This document shows, piece after piece, positions 31,683 through 48,745 of a DNA stretch of 64,000 bases (the first letter of the stretch is position 1; every line of letters starts with the position of its first letter). The DNA is from the human T2T-CHM13v2.0 reference genome, Homo sapiens, in assembly GCF_009914755.1 (NCBI RefSeq), contig NC_060932.1; one strand, 5' to 3'. Under the pieces are notes generated by a model. The model made no database searches, was not told where the DNA came from, and worked only from the letters and a program-made list of their open reading frames with translations. Both the position numbers and the translations under genes were made by a program.

Positions 31683-32741
31683 TATCGGGGGACCTGCCCC
31701 GATAATCACGTAGGTTCTTTTCTATTTTCCTAAGCGTCGACTGGCTTGAGAAATAAAAGGACAGAGTACAAAAGAGAGAAATTGTAAAGCTGGGCATCTG
31801 GGGGAGACATCACACATTGGTAGGATCCGTGATGCCCCACAAGCCACAAAAACCAGCAAGTTTTTATTAGGGAGTTTCAAAAGGGGAGGGAGTATATGAA
31901 TAGGTGTGGGTGACAGACATCAAGTACTTCACAGGGTAATAGAATATCACAAGGCAAGTGGAGACAGGGCCAGATCACAGGACGGAAGTGAAATTAAAAT
32001 TGCTAATGAAGTTTTGGCACCATTGTCATTGATAACATCTTATGAGGAGACAGGGTTTTGAGATCAACCCGTCTGACCAAAGTTTATTAGGCGGGAATTT
32101 TCTCTTCCTAATAAGCCTGGGAGTGCTATGGGAGACTGGAGTTTATTTCACCTCTGCAATCTCGACCATAAGAGACAGGTACGCCCCGGGGGGCCAGTTC
32201 AGAGACCTACCCCTAGGTGCGCATTCTCTTTCTCAGGGACGTTCCATGCTGAGAAAAGGAATTCAGCGATATTTCTCCCATTTGCTTTTGAAAGAAGAGA
32301 AATATGGTTCTGTTCTGCCTGGCTCACCAGCGGTCAGAGTTTAAGGTTATCTCTCTAATTCCCTGAACAATTGCTGTTATCCTGTTCTTTTTTCAGGGTG
32401 CCCACATTTCATATTGCTCAAACACACATGATGTACAATTTATGTACTTAACGCAATTATTACAGGTCCTGAGACGATATACATCCTTCTCGACTGACAG
32501 GATTAAGAGATTAAAGTAATGACAGGCATAGGAAATCACAAGGGTATTGATTGGGGAAGTGATAAGTGTCCATGAAATCTTCACAATTTATGTTTAGAGA
32601 TTGCAGTAAAGACAGGCATAAGAAATTACAAAAGTATTAATTTGGGGAACTAATAAATGTCCATAAAATCTTCATAATCCACGTTCTTCTGTCATGGCTT
32701 CAGCTGGTCCCTCCATTTGGGGTCCCTGACTTCCCGCAACA
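31683..32741 (-). mobile_element. 5' LTR (MER11)
   Basis: The minus strand reads TGTTGCGGGAAGTCAGGGACC...CCCCCGATA, adjacent to the PBS. Confidence 0.95.
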
Positions 32742-33148
32742 CAGCACAGTGCCTGGCACAAAAGAGTTGCTCAATAAATAAATCAGGATGAATAGATAAA
32801 TACACGGATAGGCACTTTGAACTACAGATGAGCTTAAATACTTTGTGTTTTTCTTAGTCAAACATGTGCAATGAAGCATGTGATAAATGTTATGATGACC
32901 ACACCTGTGTCTTGCCTGATGTTCTTTGCAATCACTAAATGAAGTCAATTGTGCCTGTTTTGACAGTTCTATTTTCAACCTAATGATCTGTTTATTTTAA
33001 CTTCTGGCTGTTGGCTTTGTTTGGGTTTTTTAGCCTGACAAAGTGGTAGATATTGGTATTTGCTCTTTTGTTTAAATGTCACGAACTTTAAAAATGCCTT
33101 TGCTTTTGGTAAGAAACCCTAGTTAGGTCACCCTAGCGGTCAGGATGA

Positions 33149-33504
<356 letters not shown>

Positions 33505-33929
33505 TGAGGCTTATTCTTGGTCACGTTGCATGTCTGGGCTGTGTTAGGGCATTCTGGGGTGGTCTGTTCATTGTGTTCACTCAGGGATCCAGGCTGACAA
33601 AAGCCCCATCTCTGCATGTGTCCTTGATCACCACTTCAGGGCAAAGGGAATGTGGTGGATCATAGAGCAGCCTCTTAACACTTCCACCTGGAGGTGACTC
33701 AAGTTGCTGCTGCTCATGGTTCATTGGACAAAACGGATCACAGAGTCATGGGCAACTTCTCTGTGCCTGGAAGGGGAAACAAAATATGAATAGCCACATT
33801 GATTTTCCCTAGATATTACACAGAAGGCCTCATTTAAACACAGTTACTTATTTGTGTTTTGAAGCTAATTGTAGTCCATCAAACTTCACAGAAGATATGT
33901 GCACTTCCAAGCTATTATTAAGCACAATT

Positions 33930-34232
33930 CTTTTTTTTTTTTTTTTTTTTGAGACAGAGTCTCACTCTCTTGTCCAGGCTGGAGTGCAGTGGCATGATCA
34001 TGGATCGCTGCAACTTCTGCCTCCTGAGTTCAAGTGATTTTCATGCGTCAGCCTCCCAAAATGCTGGGATTACAGACACCCACCACCACGCCTGGCTAAG
34101 TTTTGTATTTTTAGTAGAGATGGGGTTTCACCATGTTGGCCTGGCTGGTCTGGAACTCCTGACCTCAGGTGATCCACCTGCCTCGGCCTCCCAAAGTGCT
34201 GAGATGACAGGCGTGAGCCGCCGCACCCGGCC
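33930..34232 (-). mobile_element. Alu (AluS)
   Basis: Poly(T) plus full reverse dimer. Confidence 0.95.
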
Positions 34233-34505
34233 TTGAGTACGATTTTTGATTTGGAAGGTCAGAGTTAGGGTTTTAGTCTGAGGACTGTATGATGTGAAGG
34301 TGAAAAGCAGAGCTTGGCTGTGAGTTTGCTGGGATTCCTGTGCTGCTTCTACAGCTCTTTGGCTGTGTGACCATCACTTTTGGCAAGTTCCTTTACCTTT
34401 CTATGTGTTGGTTTCCTCATCAATAAAATGGAAATCTAATCATAATCATAATAGCTATTGGTGTTGGGATAGCCCAGTGGTTGACACATAAGGACTCAAA
34501 CATAC

Positions 34506-34802
<297 letters not shown>

Positions 34803-35169
34803 CAAAAATACTATTATTAATTTTGGGGGGCAGTTATTATATTTTGTGAAAATCAGAGTTCAGTACCTTGTAACACTGAGTTGGGATCTATCCCTGAAGG
34901 AACAGGCTTCTAAAGAGGAAGGCATCGAGAGAGGGGCAAAATTTTAGTGGACGCTGTAATGACTTTAGGTATATGGACCTGGGGCAGAGTTCTAGCTGGG
35001 GCCACCAGGTAGCAAGGTGGACTTTGCTAAATTCTATCACTTTCCTGGGCCTCAGACTCACTTGTTACAAATGGGATTAAAGCATCCCTCTTTCAGGGCT
35101 AAGATAAAGATGATTAAGTAAGAGGGAATGAAAGCAACTTCCATCAATGGTCAAAAGTATTCATTTAAC

Positions 35170-35471
35170 TTTTTTTTTTTTTTTTTTTTTTGAGATGGAG
35201 TCTCTCTCTGTTGCCCAGGTTGGAGTGCAGTGGCATGGTCCCGGGTCACTGCAACCTCCACCTCCTGGGTTCAAGTGATTCCCTTGCCTCAGCCTCCTGA
35301 GTAGCTGGGACTACAGGTGCATGCCACCACGCCTGGCTAATTTTTGTATTTTTAGTAGAGACGGGGTTTTACCATGTTGGCCAGGATGGTCTCGACCTCC
35401 TGACCTTGTGATCCACCCACCTTAGCCTCCCAAAGTGTTGGGATTGCAGGCATGAGCCACCATGCCTGGCC
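35170..35471 (-). mobile_element. Alu (AluS)
   Basis: Reverse dimer; TSD CATTTAACTT. Confidence 0.95.
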
Positions 35472-35494
35472 CATTTAACTTCTATATTATTTTC

Positions 35495-36050
35495 CTGTTG
35501 GTGGATTTACCAGTGCAAACTGAGCAGCTTAAAACACCATCCAGTTATTATCTGTTTCCATGAGCCAAGGCTCTGGGCAGGGTTTAACTGGGTCTTCTAT
35601 TCCGGGTCACAATACTGCAACCAGAGTGTCAGCTGGGGTCTCATCAGATGCTCAGTGTCCTCTTCCAAGCTTATTCAGTTTGTGGACTGAATTCAATTTC
35701 TTGCAATTGTAGAACGAAGGCCCTCAGCTCCTAGAGCTGCCACCTCCAAAGACAGTTCACAGCATGGCCATTTTTGTCTCCTTGGAGGCTAAGGGTTGAA
35801 TCTCTGAAACTTCACCTTTAAAAGACTCACCTGATTAGGTCTGACCCACCTAAGATCATCCTGCTTTGGATGAACTCAAAGTCAGCTGAGCAAATGTGCT
35901 TAACAAAGCAAGTGTGACCATAATCACATTTGCAAAATTCCTTCCCCTTGGCCAAATCACAAGCTCTGCACACACTCAAGAAGAGATGATACAGGGAGCA
36001 GATATAAGGGAGTGGTTCTCTTGGGGGCTGTCCTAGAACTCTGCCCATTA
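35495..36050 (-). mobile_element. MLT1-type MaLR LTR
   Basis: Motifs GAATTCAATTTCTTGCAATTGTAG and AAAGACTCACCTGATTAGGTCTGACCCACC...GAACTCAAAGTC. Confidence 0.65.
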
Positions 36051-36182
36051 CAACTTCCTTTCTCGAGGAACAGCAGGCCTGGGGAGAGATGATCACGGAT
36101 GAGAGCAGCCCACAGGTTGTGAGCGCCAGGTGCTGGAGTAGGATGCAGGAGGCTGACAAGCAAGTATGAAAAGCCTTCACTG

Positions 36183-36357
36183 GGCTGGGTGGAGTGGCTC
36201 ACACCTGTAATCCCAACACTATGGGAGGTCGAGGTGGGCGGATCACGAGGTCAAGAGATCGAGACTATCCTGGCCAACCAACATGGGGAAACCCAGTCTC
36301 TACTAAAAACACAAAAAATAGCTGGGAGTGGTGGCACACGTCTCTAACAACCCAGCT
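36183..36357 (+). mobile_element. Truncated Alu (left arm plus start of right arm)
   Basis: The Alu sequence stops at CCCAGCT with no right-arm body or tail. Confidence 0.88.
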
Positions 36358-36483
36358 CCCCAAGTAGCAATTCCTGTCCCTTTTAAGGGCTCACAACCCT
36401 AAGGGGGTCCGCGTGAGAGGGTCGTGATCATGAGAGTCGTGATCGATTGACCAAGAAGGGAGTACGTGACTGGGGGCTGCATT
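36358..36483 (-). mobile_element. ~125-bp fragment of an ERV1 LTR (LTR2/HERV-E-like)
   Basis: AGCAATTCCTGTCCCTTTTAAGGGC..GGGGGTCCGCGTGAGAGGGTCGTGATC...TACGTGACTGGGGGCTGCA matches the recalled reverse LTR2 sequence. Confidence 0.7.
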
Positions 36484-36515
36484 CAGCAAACCCCATCTCT
36501 ACTAAAATAGCAAAA

Positions 36516-37481
<966 letters not shown>

Positions 37482-37925
37482 ACCAATGACTTTCTTATAA
37501 CCAAGAGAATATGGCAGAGGTGATGGGATGTAGTGATTATGTTAGATAGGATGTTAAGTTGTCTTGCTAGGAGGTTATCTTGCTGGCTTTGAAGATGTGA
37601 GCTGCCATGTCATGAGTGGCCAGATGGAGAGGCCCATGTGGCAAGAAGCTGAGGACAGCAAGAACCTGGGGCCCTGAGTCCAGCAGCCTGCAAGGAACTG
37701 AATGCTGCCAACAACCAGATGAGCCTGGAAGCAGATCAATCACCAGTCAAGCCTCCAGATGAGAACTGAGCCCTGGCTGACATTATGGTTGTAGCCTTGC
37801 ACTGAACCCAGCTGAGTCACGCCTGGATTCCTGACCCACAGAAACCACATAGTGATAACTGTGTGCTGTCTCAAGCCACAAAGTTTGCAGTAATATTGTT
37901 GCACAGCAATAGATAACTAATATGA
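37482..37925 (+). mobile_element. MLT1-type MaLR LTR, 5'-truncated
   Basis: GAATATGGCAGAGGTGATGGGATG...CAAGGAACTGAATGCTGCCAACAACC...GCACAGCAATAGATAACTAATA. Confidence 0.8.
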
Positions 37926-38216
37926 AAACTGTCCTACATCATGTACATTACTGAGTGAAATGTAGAACCTGGATTTAAGCTCTGATTTCAGAGTTGTGGT
38001 TTCAGTCTCCCCAGGGAGACCTGTCCTGGGAGACAGTTATGCCAGGCTGTGATGCTGTGATGATTGTTCTCTTCCTACCCAGAAGCTTTCAATAGGCATG
38101 TCAAGCATGTGACCCCAGCTACATATACCAAATATATTTCTGACAAATGACAGGACATCATGAGCTTTCTTGTTTTACTGAGAGCTCCATAAAGGAAGGA
38201 TCATCTCTGTCTCTTT

Positions 38217-38217
<1 letters not shown>

Positions 38218-38251
<34 letters not shown>

Positions 38252-38522
38252 GTCTCACTCTCACCCAGGCTGGGGTGTAGTGGTGCGATCTCGGCTCACT
38301 GCAGTCTCTGCCTCCTGGGCTCAAGGGATTCTCCAGCCTCAGCCTCCTGAGTAGCTGGGATCAAAGGTGTGCATCACCGCACCCAGCTAATTTCATATTT
38401 TTGGTAGAGACGGGGTTTACTCATGTTGGCCAGGCAGATCTTGAACTCCTGGCCTCAAGCGATTCGCCTACCTCGGCCTTCCAAAGTGCTGGGATTACAG
38501 GCATGAGCCAATGCACCTGGCC
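38218..38522 (-). mobile_element. Alu
   Basis: Poly(T) plus reverse dimer. Confidence 0.94.
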
Positions 38523-38852
38523 TGTCTTTTTTATGTTATGTCCATGTGAAACAGCCCAGTGGTCAGCACACAAAGGGGTCCAAATGTGAAAGGAAAGGGC
38601 AAACACGGGAAACCTAGGGGTGTTCAGAAATAGTTCCCAGGTCATTGCCTGTTTCAATATGTACAGTCCTGGGCCACACGCACAAGATTCTGTCTTAGCA
38701 GGTCAGAGTTAGAGATGGGGAGCTACCTGGTTACGAGAGATCCCAGTGCATTTTGAGGCAGCTGGTTGTTAAGACTGCATTGTAAAAATTACAACCCAAA
38801 GATGTGAACGGAAACAGAAAGACATTGGCAGGCTAGAAAACAACACAAGTAA

Positions 38853-39823
<971 letters not shown>

Positions 39824-40022
39824 ACAAGCAATGGATACGATCGGGTGCAGATGAAATAAGGCAGCCAGGGGCAGGAGGGACGTCTCATTGAAGACGACTA
39901 TTTGTGGATGCCTAGCAGGGGTGGGGATGAGGGATGATAACAGCAACCCCAATCCCAACACTGCGTGACCGATTTTATCTTCAGCCAGCTGATACGCCTC
40001 ATGGGGTTTGGACACAGGACAA

Positions 40023-40260
<238 letters not shown>

Positions 40261-40356
40261 TGACTTTCCACCTCCAGAAAATCCAACCTTTTCCCAAGTC
40301 ACAGTGGGACACCCCGGAGATAATTTGAGAGAAATATGCTTTTAAAAACAACTCAA

Positions 40357-40653
40357 GGCCAGGCGCAGTGGCTCACGCCTGTAATCCTAGCACTTTGGGA
40401 AGCCGAGGCGGACAGATCACGAGGTCAGGAGATCAAGACCATCCTGGCCAACATGGTGAAACCCCGTGTCTACTAAAAATACAAAAAATTAGCCGGGCAT
40501 GGTGGCACATGCCTGAAAGCCCAGCTACTAGGGAGGCTGAGGCAGGAGAATCGCTTGAACCAGGGAGTCAGAGGTTGCAGTGAGCCGAGATCGCACCACT
40601 GCACTCCAGCCTGGCGACAGAGAGAGATTCCGTCTCAAAATAGATAAATAAAA
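40357..40653 (+). mobile_element. Alu (AluSc-like)
   Basis: Full dimer. Confidence 0.95.
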
Positions 40654-41716
40654 CCCTCCGATATGAACACCAAACTAGAATCATTCCACTGATTTCCCTC
40701 CGCCAATCAGGGGGAGTTATGGTGATGGTGCATGAGTGTCTATTTGCATTGAGTCTTAATGGAAAAAAAGGTTGTGTCACTCAAAGGAAAAACAAATCAC
40801 AGCCCAGACTGGAGCTGTGGATTAATAACATGGCTGAGTGTTGGTACAGGCTTTCCACAGCAATATTAAAACTGAAAAAATCAGCAATGAAGCTCCCAGC
40901 CACATTTCTGCCAAATGATTTGGGGGAAAACAACAGAGGCACTCCTCAACTTTTCCTTCGCTGCACAAAGTGGGTTTGGCTGGAAATGCCAAGTGTACTT
41001 GTTGCTAGGATCTTTCAAATGAAAGCAAGCTGGGAGTCAACCTCCTGCAGCCGCAGGTCAGAAATGGGTTTAGACCAAACTAGTATAGTAACACTGGTGC
41101 ACATCGAAACAGATTTAACTCCCTCCCAGCAATCCAGATTAATTTAATATGCTTTCTTATTGGCATTCTGCATTTTTCATTAAAGCAAATAAACATCCAT
41201 CCCTCTGTGATAAGTTAGGGCAAAAAAAAAAAAAAATTCATATGTTTAGGTCATAGGGAAGGAGGAATTGTTGGCTGTTAAAAAAATACTGCAAATGGCC
41301 TTTGAAAGTCTAGACATCTTCATCATAAACACAAACATTCCTCTTCACAAAGGGACTTCAAGTAACCTTAGGCTGGAGGGCCCACTTGAGTATGTTTTTC
41401 TTCTCATTCTTTCTTACCTTCCCTCCAGCCAACCCAACCCACATTCAGTGACCAAGTCACGTGGGTTTTACCTCCTAAATCTTTTCAGATCCGTTCACTG
41501 CTCAGCCACTCTCCTGACACCACCATAAACCAAGCCACCATCACCTCCAGCTGTTTGACTGCAAAGGCCTCCTCACTGGCCTCTGTCTTCCCCTGGCCCT
41601 GTGACAATCTGCACTCCTCACAGGGACCAAAGCGATCACTTCAGAAGGTGCATCCAAACCGATCACTCGCTTTCAATGGCTCCCTCTGCTGTGTGGGTTG
41701 ACAACGATAAAAGCTC

Positions 41717-42048
<332 letters not shown>

Positions 42049-42276
42049 CTATCTCAGTCCATCCCTACATCAGCCCTTTATTTCACCAGTGGGGAAGCTG
42101 GGACACAGAGTAGTTAGGTGGGATGCCCAAGGTGGGACCACTCGTGTGAAGTTTCCACACCCTAATGTGAGACCCTCCATGACCTAGCCCCTCTCTTTCT
42201 CCAGCCTCATTTCCTGATTCTCTCGCTTGGCCTGCAGGCTTCAGCCACACAAACTTCTTTAAAGTCCCTTAAATCT

Positions 42277-42568
42277 GGCTGAGCGCAGTGGCTCACACCT
42301 GTAATCTCAGCACTTTGGGAAGCTGAGGCGGCTGGATCACCTGAGTTCAGGAGTTCGAGACCAGCCTGGTCAACATGGTGGAACCCCATCTCTACTAAAT
42401 ATCCCAAAATTAGACAGGTGTGGTGGATGGCACCTGTAATCCCAGCTACTCGGGAGACTGAGGCAGGAAAATCGCTTGGACTCGGGAGGCACAGGTTGCC
42501 ATGAGCCAAGATCGCACCACTCCACGCAAGCCTGGGCGTCAAGAGTGAAAGTCCGTCTCAAAAAAAAA
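42277..42568 (+). mobile_element. Alu (AluS)
   Basis: Full dimer; TSD GTCCCTTAAATCT. Confidence 0.95.
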
Positions 42569-42719
42569 GGTCCCTTAAATCTGCTCTATGCCTACCAACC
42601 TCAGGGACTTCACTATGCTGTTTCTCACCCTGAAATGCTGTTCCTCATTTCTCTACATAGTGAACTCATCCCACCCTCTAGGCCTCTCCTTAAGTGGCAT
42701 CACTTCAAGGAAGATTTTA

Positions 42720-43480
<761 letters not shown>

Positions 43481-43624
43481 AAGAAAGAAAGCCTTTCCTC
43501 ACCCTGTGAGACTGAGCTCCCTCTCTCCATTTATACATTCTCTTTAAGCCCTTTGCTTCTCTTTCAGAGCAATTCACGTTGACCTGGGTCACCCTCAACT
43601 TAAGGCTCATAACTCCCCTAGATC

Positions 43625-43880
43625 CTCAGGGTCCACACTAAGTGTGATGAAATATGATGCAAGCCACATATTTACATTTGCATTTTGTAATAACCACATT
43701 TTAAAAAGTAAAACAAAAGAAGTGAAGGTAATTGGAATAATATCACAGATTTAAACAAATCTATCCAAAATACCAGGTCTACATGTATAAAATTTTTTAA
43801 CAGTAACAAAATACTTTGCTTTCTTTTTATATTAAGTCTTCACAATCTAATGTGTATTTGACACTTCTCGCACATTTCAG
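43625..43880. mobile_element. MER3/MER33-like hAT-Charlie fragment hosting the SNRPC retrocopy
   Basis: ATGCAAGCCACATAT...AACCACATTTTAAAAAGTAAAA...TGTATTTGACACTT...CACATTTCA; the element probably resumes at ~44688-44715. Confidence 0.55.
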
Positions 43881-44680
43881 AATGATGGCAGCAGCCCATA
43901 TGGGGGGCCCGCCCATGATGCCAAAGATGGGCCCTCCTCCTCCTGGGATGATGCCAGTGGGACCTGCTCCTGGAATGAGGCCGCCCATGGGAGGCCACAT
44001 GCCTGTGATGCCTGGGTGCCCAATGATAAGACCTCCTGCCCGTCTCATGATGGTGCCCAGTCAGCCCAGAATGACTCGACCAGACAGATAAGGATAGAGG
44101 GGAGGCCTCATTGCATCAGTGTTGTTTTGTTGTTGTTATTGTTGTGTTTTTTTTGTTTGTAATGTTTTGTTTTGTTTTTGAGACAGAGTCTTCCTCTGTC
44201 GCCTAGGCTGGAGGGCAGTGGCATGATCTCAGCTCACTGAAACCTCCACCTCCCGGGTTCAAGCGATTCCCCTGCCTCAGCCTCCTGAGTAGTGTGGGAC
44301 TACAGGCGTATTCACCATGCCCGGCTAATTTTTTTTATTTTAGTAGAAACGGGGTTTCACCATGTTGGCCAGGATGGTCTCAATCTCCTGACCTCGTGAC
44401 TCGCTCGCCTCAGCCTCTGAAAGTGCTGGGATTACAGGTGTGAGCCACTGCGCCTGGCCTATGTGAATTTTATATTTACCTGCTCCCTTCACCAGGAGAT
44501 CATGCTGCTGTGATGTCGAGTTTTCTTAACAGCATAAGGAAGACTTGCCCTCTTGCCCTATCAAAGAGAATAGTTTTGGAGGGGAGAAGTGGGACCAAAA
44601 AAGATGCAGTTTTCATTTGTATTGGGAAATGTGAAAATAAAATTGACAACTCTTTTAGTTAAAAACAAAAAAAAGAAAAG
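43881..44680 (+). pseudogene. SNRPCP: Processed, 5'-truncated SNRPC (U1 snRNP C) retrocopy
   Basis: 43882-44091 encodes [69 protein letters not shown], the U1-C Met/Pro-rich C-terminus. It is intronless and has a 3'UTR, AATAAA at 44636-44641 and a poly(A) remnant at 44661-44680. The zinc finger is absent. Confidence 0.93.
44130..44458 (-). mobile_element. Alu inserted in the SNRPC retrocopy 3'UTR
   Basis: Reverse dimer with a GT/T-rich tail. Confidence 0.93.
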
Positions 44681-45419
44681 GAAACAAGATGTGGGGCTGC
44701 CATATGTAATACCGTGGATTCCACGGATCTTCTACTCTGGAGGCAAATATTATCTTTGCTGAAGCCAGACCAACCTGACACAAAGACCTTTTGTTTTTTT
44801 AATGTGACTGTGTTTTATTTTAGAATGTGTAATTCACTTTAGAAGGGCAAAGTACCTGTCTGGGGAAGACTATTTAATTTCCTGCATTTATTTAGAATGT
44901 TGGCTGATGTTATTATGAAGGGAAACAGCTCTAACAACTGAGTGCCCCCCACATAGCCACAGCTCATGAGTTCACGGGGCAAAGGAAATGAACAGCAGCC
45001 TCCTAATAGCCAGCCTTCTTTGTGATGTGGAAATAATTATCAGCATGTAAAAGACTATATATATATTCAACAATTCTGATCCCCTGAAAAATTCAAATCT
45101 ACAACTGATTTGCTTCCTGGGCTCCTGAAAACAACTTTGTCAAAATTGTTCAGAAATATAATCAGCCAATCGTTGCCCCTTGGGGACGCAGGATAAAGCA
45201 AGTCAGCCATGACCAATGAGGAGTCGGCCGTGCACAATTACATGCAGACCTGCAGGACATCGAGTCCCTGCTATGGTCCCTCCCCAGTCAGGCCCCCATT
45301 GCCTGGGCTGCAGCCAGAAGCATTCAGGCACAAGTGCATTCAACAAATACTTATTTAATTGTATTGGTGGTTAGAGGGTTGCGATTGATTAAGGTACATT
45401 AATGGATCCGTGTCCTCCC

Positions 45420-45802
45420 TGTATCCAAGATTCTGCCATTTGTCTCTGCAGTTCCTCCCACTGAAGAATCGGAGTATATTTCTCCAGTCCCTAATGTTGG
45501 GTTTAGTCATGTGTCTAGCTTTGGCCACTGGAATATTAATCTGTATGACCAAAAACTTGGAAAGTGTGAATTCATTTCTGCTCACTCACTCCTGCTATCA
45601 CCATGAGAACAAGCCCAGGCCAGACTGCTGCTTCCAGCAGAAGAGACAACAAGAGCAACGTCGAGCTTCCCAGACATGCTCATGCTAGATTGACCAATCC
45701 TCAGCTGACCCATAGATCCATGAAAATAAACGATTGTTGTATTAAGCCACTGAGATTTGGAGTGACTTGTTATGCAGCATTTTGTGACAACAACTAACTG
45801 AC
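45420..45802 (+). mobile_element. MLT1-type LTR
   Basis: CCATGAGAACAAGCCCAGGCCAG...AATAAACGATTGTTGTATTAAGCCACTGAGATTTGG. Confidence 0.7.
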
Positions 45803-45979
45803 ACAAGAGTCACCGTCCTTTATCTCTGTAGATTTTAACCAATTTTAATAGCTAGATGGAGATCTTCTAGTTGCCTTTATTTATAATGAATATGACTGTA
45901 GAGCTAGTTTGGCCTGACACTACCAGTAACCTACCCAGAAATTCAGAAATACTTTCTTCTCCAACCCGCCCCAACCAAC

Positions 45980-46273
45980 TTTTTGTTTGTTTGTTTTTGG
46001 GTTCTCCCTCTTTGCCTAGGCTAGAGTACAAATGGTACAGTCAGAGCTCACTGTAGCCTCAAAATCCTGGGCTCAAGTGATCTTCCCCTTCAGCCTCCTA
46101 TGTAGCTAAGACTACAGACATGTGCCACCATGCCTGGCTAATTTTTTTATTCTTTGCAGACAGAGGGTCTCACTATATTGCCCAAGTTGGTTTCAAACTC
46201 CTGGCTTCAAGCAGTCCTCCTGCCTCACCCTTCCAAAGTGCTAGGATTATAGGCATGAGCCACCACACCCAGC
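45980..46273 (-). mobile_element. Alu (AluJ-like)
   Basis: Diverged reverse dimer. Confidence 0.88.
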
Positions 46274-47215
46274 CTCTTCTTCTTTTTAAATAGAAACCTT
46301 GTTTTGTTCTGACAGTGGGTTGCTTTTTTTTTTTTTTTTTTAAAGAAAAAGTTGGCCCAGCCCCAGGGAATAAATTTTGACTGCTCTAAACAACCACAGA
46401 CCAAGGGCCAAATCTGGCCCTCTGACTGTATAAATTAAGTTTTACTGGAATAAAACCAAGTCCATTGATTTATCCATTGTCTACATACGTTTTTAGGCTA
46501 CGATGGCACCACTGTGTCACTACAAAAGAGGTTATCTAGACAAAAAGCCTAAAATATTACCGTTTGCCTCTTTATGGAAAAAGTTTGCCATTCCCTAGTC
46601 TAAGGTTTAGATTCTGAGCTTATCATTTTATCCTACCCCCCCTCACCAGTGACTGGCTCAAAACAAGTCTGTGATTCCATTCTGACTGTTCTACTGAGGG
46701 AATTACGCCTTCTTCTCATGCAGAGCTGATGAGGGTAAGTTGTATTAATAGGACATATGCTCAGGTTTTCTGAAAAATACTTTTATCTAGAAATGCATAG
46801 AAATATGCTGGTGCCTGAATGTACCATCCGGGGACCTGGAGATTGACTCACCTGCCTCCAGAGCTGGTGCTCACACTTACTACTGAGAGGCCTGAGGAAA
46901 CGCCTGCCTACCCACCACCAGAACCTGTATAGGTCACCTGGAGAACTAGAGATCAGCCTGCCACACACACCACCCAGGAGCCCAGTGGTGCACCTGCCCA
47001 TCTGGCCCACTGCCAGCAACCAAAGAAGCCACCTGGAGTCCCAGGGATTGGCCCACACAGACAGGCTATCATCAGTGCCCACAAACGCTGCCCATGGTCC
47101 CTAGTATTGACACACCTGGTCCACCGCCACTACCACTGATGCTGAAGGACAAGACTTCCTGGCATCCCCATCCTCAGCAAAGCCTCACCAAAGCCTCCAA
47201 TAACAACTGCAGTCT

Positions 47216-47539
<324 letters not shown>

Positions 47540-48575
47540 TCACAGGCACCACCCATGCCAATTACAGCTGAAGGAATCATATGCAAACTATACCACTGTA
47601 CCCACCCAGAATCAAAGCCAAAGTGTGATATCCAATGAACACTGTAGATACAGCTGTAAGAAAAGGTCTTTCCCATATAAAAGCCAATCCATAAAATTGG
47701 AAGAAATGACTGTTATGTCAGAGGCACAGATAGTCACATAAGGATGCAAGAAATATGAAAAAGGAAACATAACATCTCAAAGAAGCACAATAATTCTCCA
47801 GCAACAGATCCAATGAAAAGAAAATCTATGAAATACCTGAAAAAAATTCAGAATGATGTTATTAAAGAAACTCAGGGAGATACAAGAGAACACAGATAAT
47901 GAATACAAAAAAAAAAAACAAAAACAGGAAAACTATTCATGATCTGAATGACAAATTCAACAGAGATAGACAGCATAACAAAGAACCAAACACAAATCCT
48001 GGAAGAGAATAAATCATTGAAATAAATACAAAAGATAATTGACAGCTTTAACAATAGACTAGATCAAGCAAAACAAAGAATTTCTGAACCTGAAGACTAG
48101 TCTTTTAAAATAATCCAGTCAGACAAAAAGAAAGAAAAAAGAATGAAGCAAGGCTACATGACATATGGGACACATATGTGACCAAAAACTGAAATTCTGG
48201 GAGTTCTGGATGGAGATGAGATGGGTAAAGGCATAGAAAACCTATTTAATGAACTAATAACTGAAAACTTCCTGAATGCTTCCAAATGCAGGAAGCTCAA
48301 AGATTACCAAGTAAATACAACTCAAAATGGTCTTCTCCAAGGCACAATATGGTAAAATTGTCAAAAGACAAAGAGAAAATGCTAAAAACAGCAAGAGAAA
48401 GGCATCAAGTCACTTATAAGAGAATCTCCATCAGGCTAACGGGGAATTTCTCAGCAGAAACCTTACTGGCTAGGAGAAAAGGGGATGTATATTACAAGTA
48501 CAAAAAAAAAAAATAATAAAAAAATGTAAGCCAAAAATACTCTACCCAGCAAAGCTATCCTTCACAAATGAAGGA

Positions 48576-48745
48576 GCCTGGCACAGTGGCTCACATCTGC
48601 AATTCCAGAGACTCAAGGCTGAGGCAGGAGGACCATTTGATCCCAGGAGTTCAAGGCTGCAGTGAGCTATGATCATGCCACTGTACTCCAGCCTGGGTGA
48701 CAGAGTGAGACTCCATTGCTAAAAAAAAAAATAGTAATAATAAAA
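48576..48745 (+). mobile_element. Alu monomer (FRAM/FLAM/AluJ-like)
   Basis: Single arm with an A-rich tail. Confidence 0.8.

Larger units (their letters stand above)
25700..32741 (-). mobile_element. HERV-K(HML-8)/HERVK11 provirus with MER11 LTRs, defective
   Basis: LTRs are at 25700-26765 and 31683-32741. The 6-bp TSD is CAACAC/CAGCAC. A Lys-type PBS and the polypurine tract AAAAAGAAAGGGAGAGA (26766-26782) are present, with betaretroviral gag, pol and env remnants. Confidence 0.94.
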
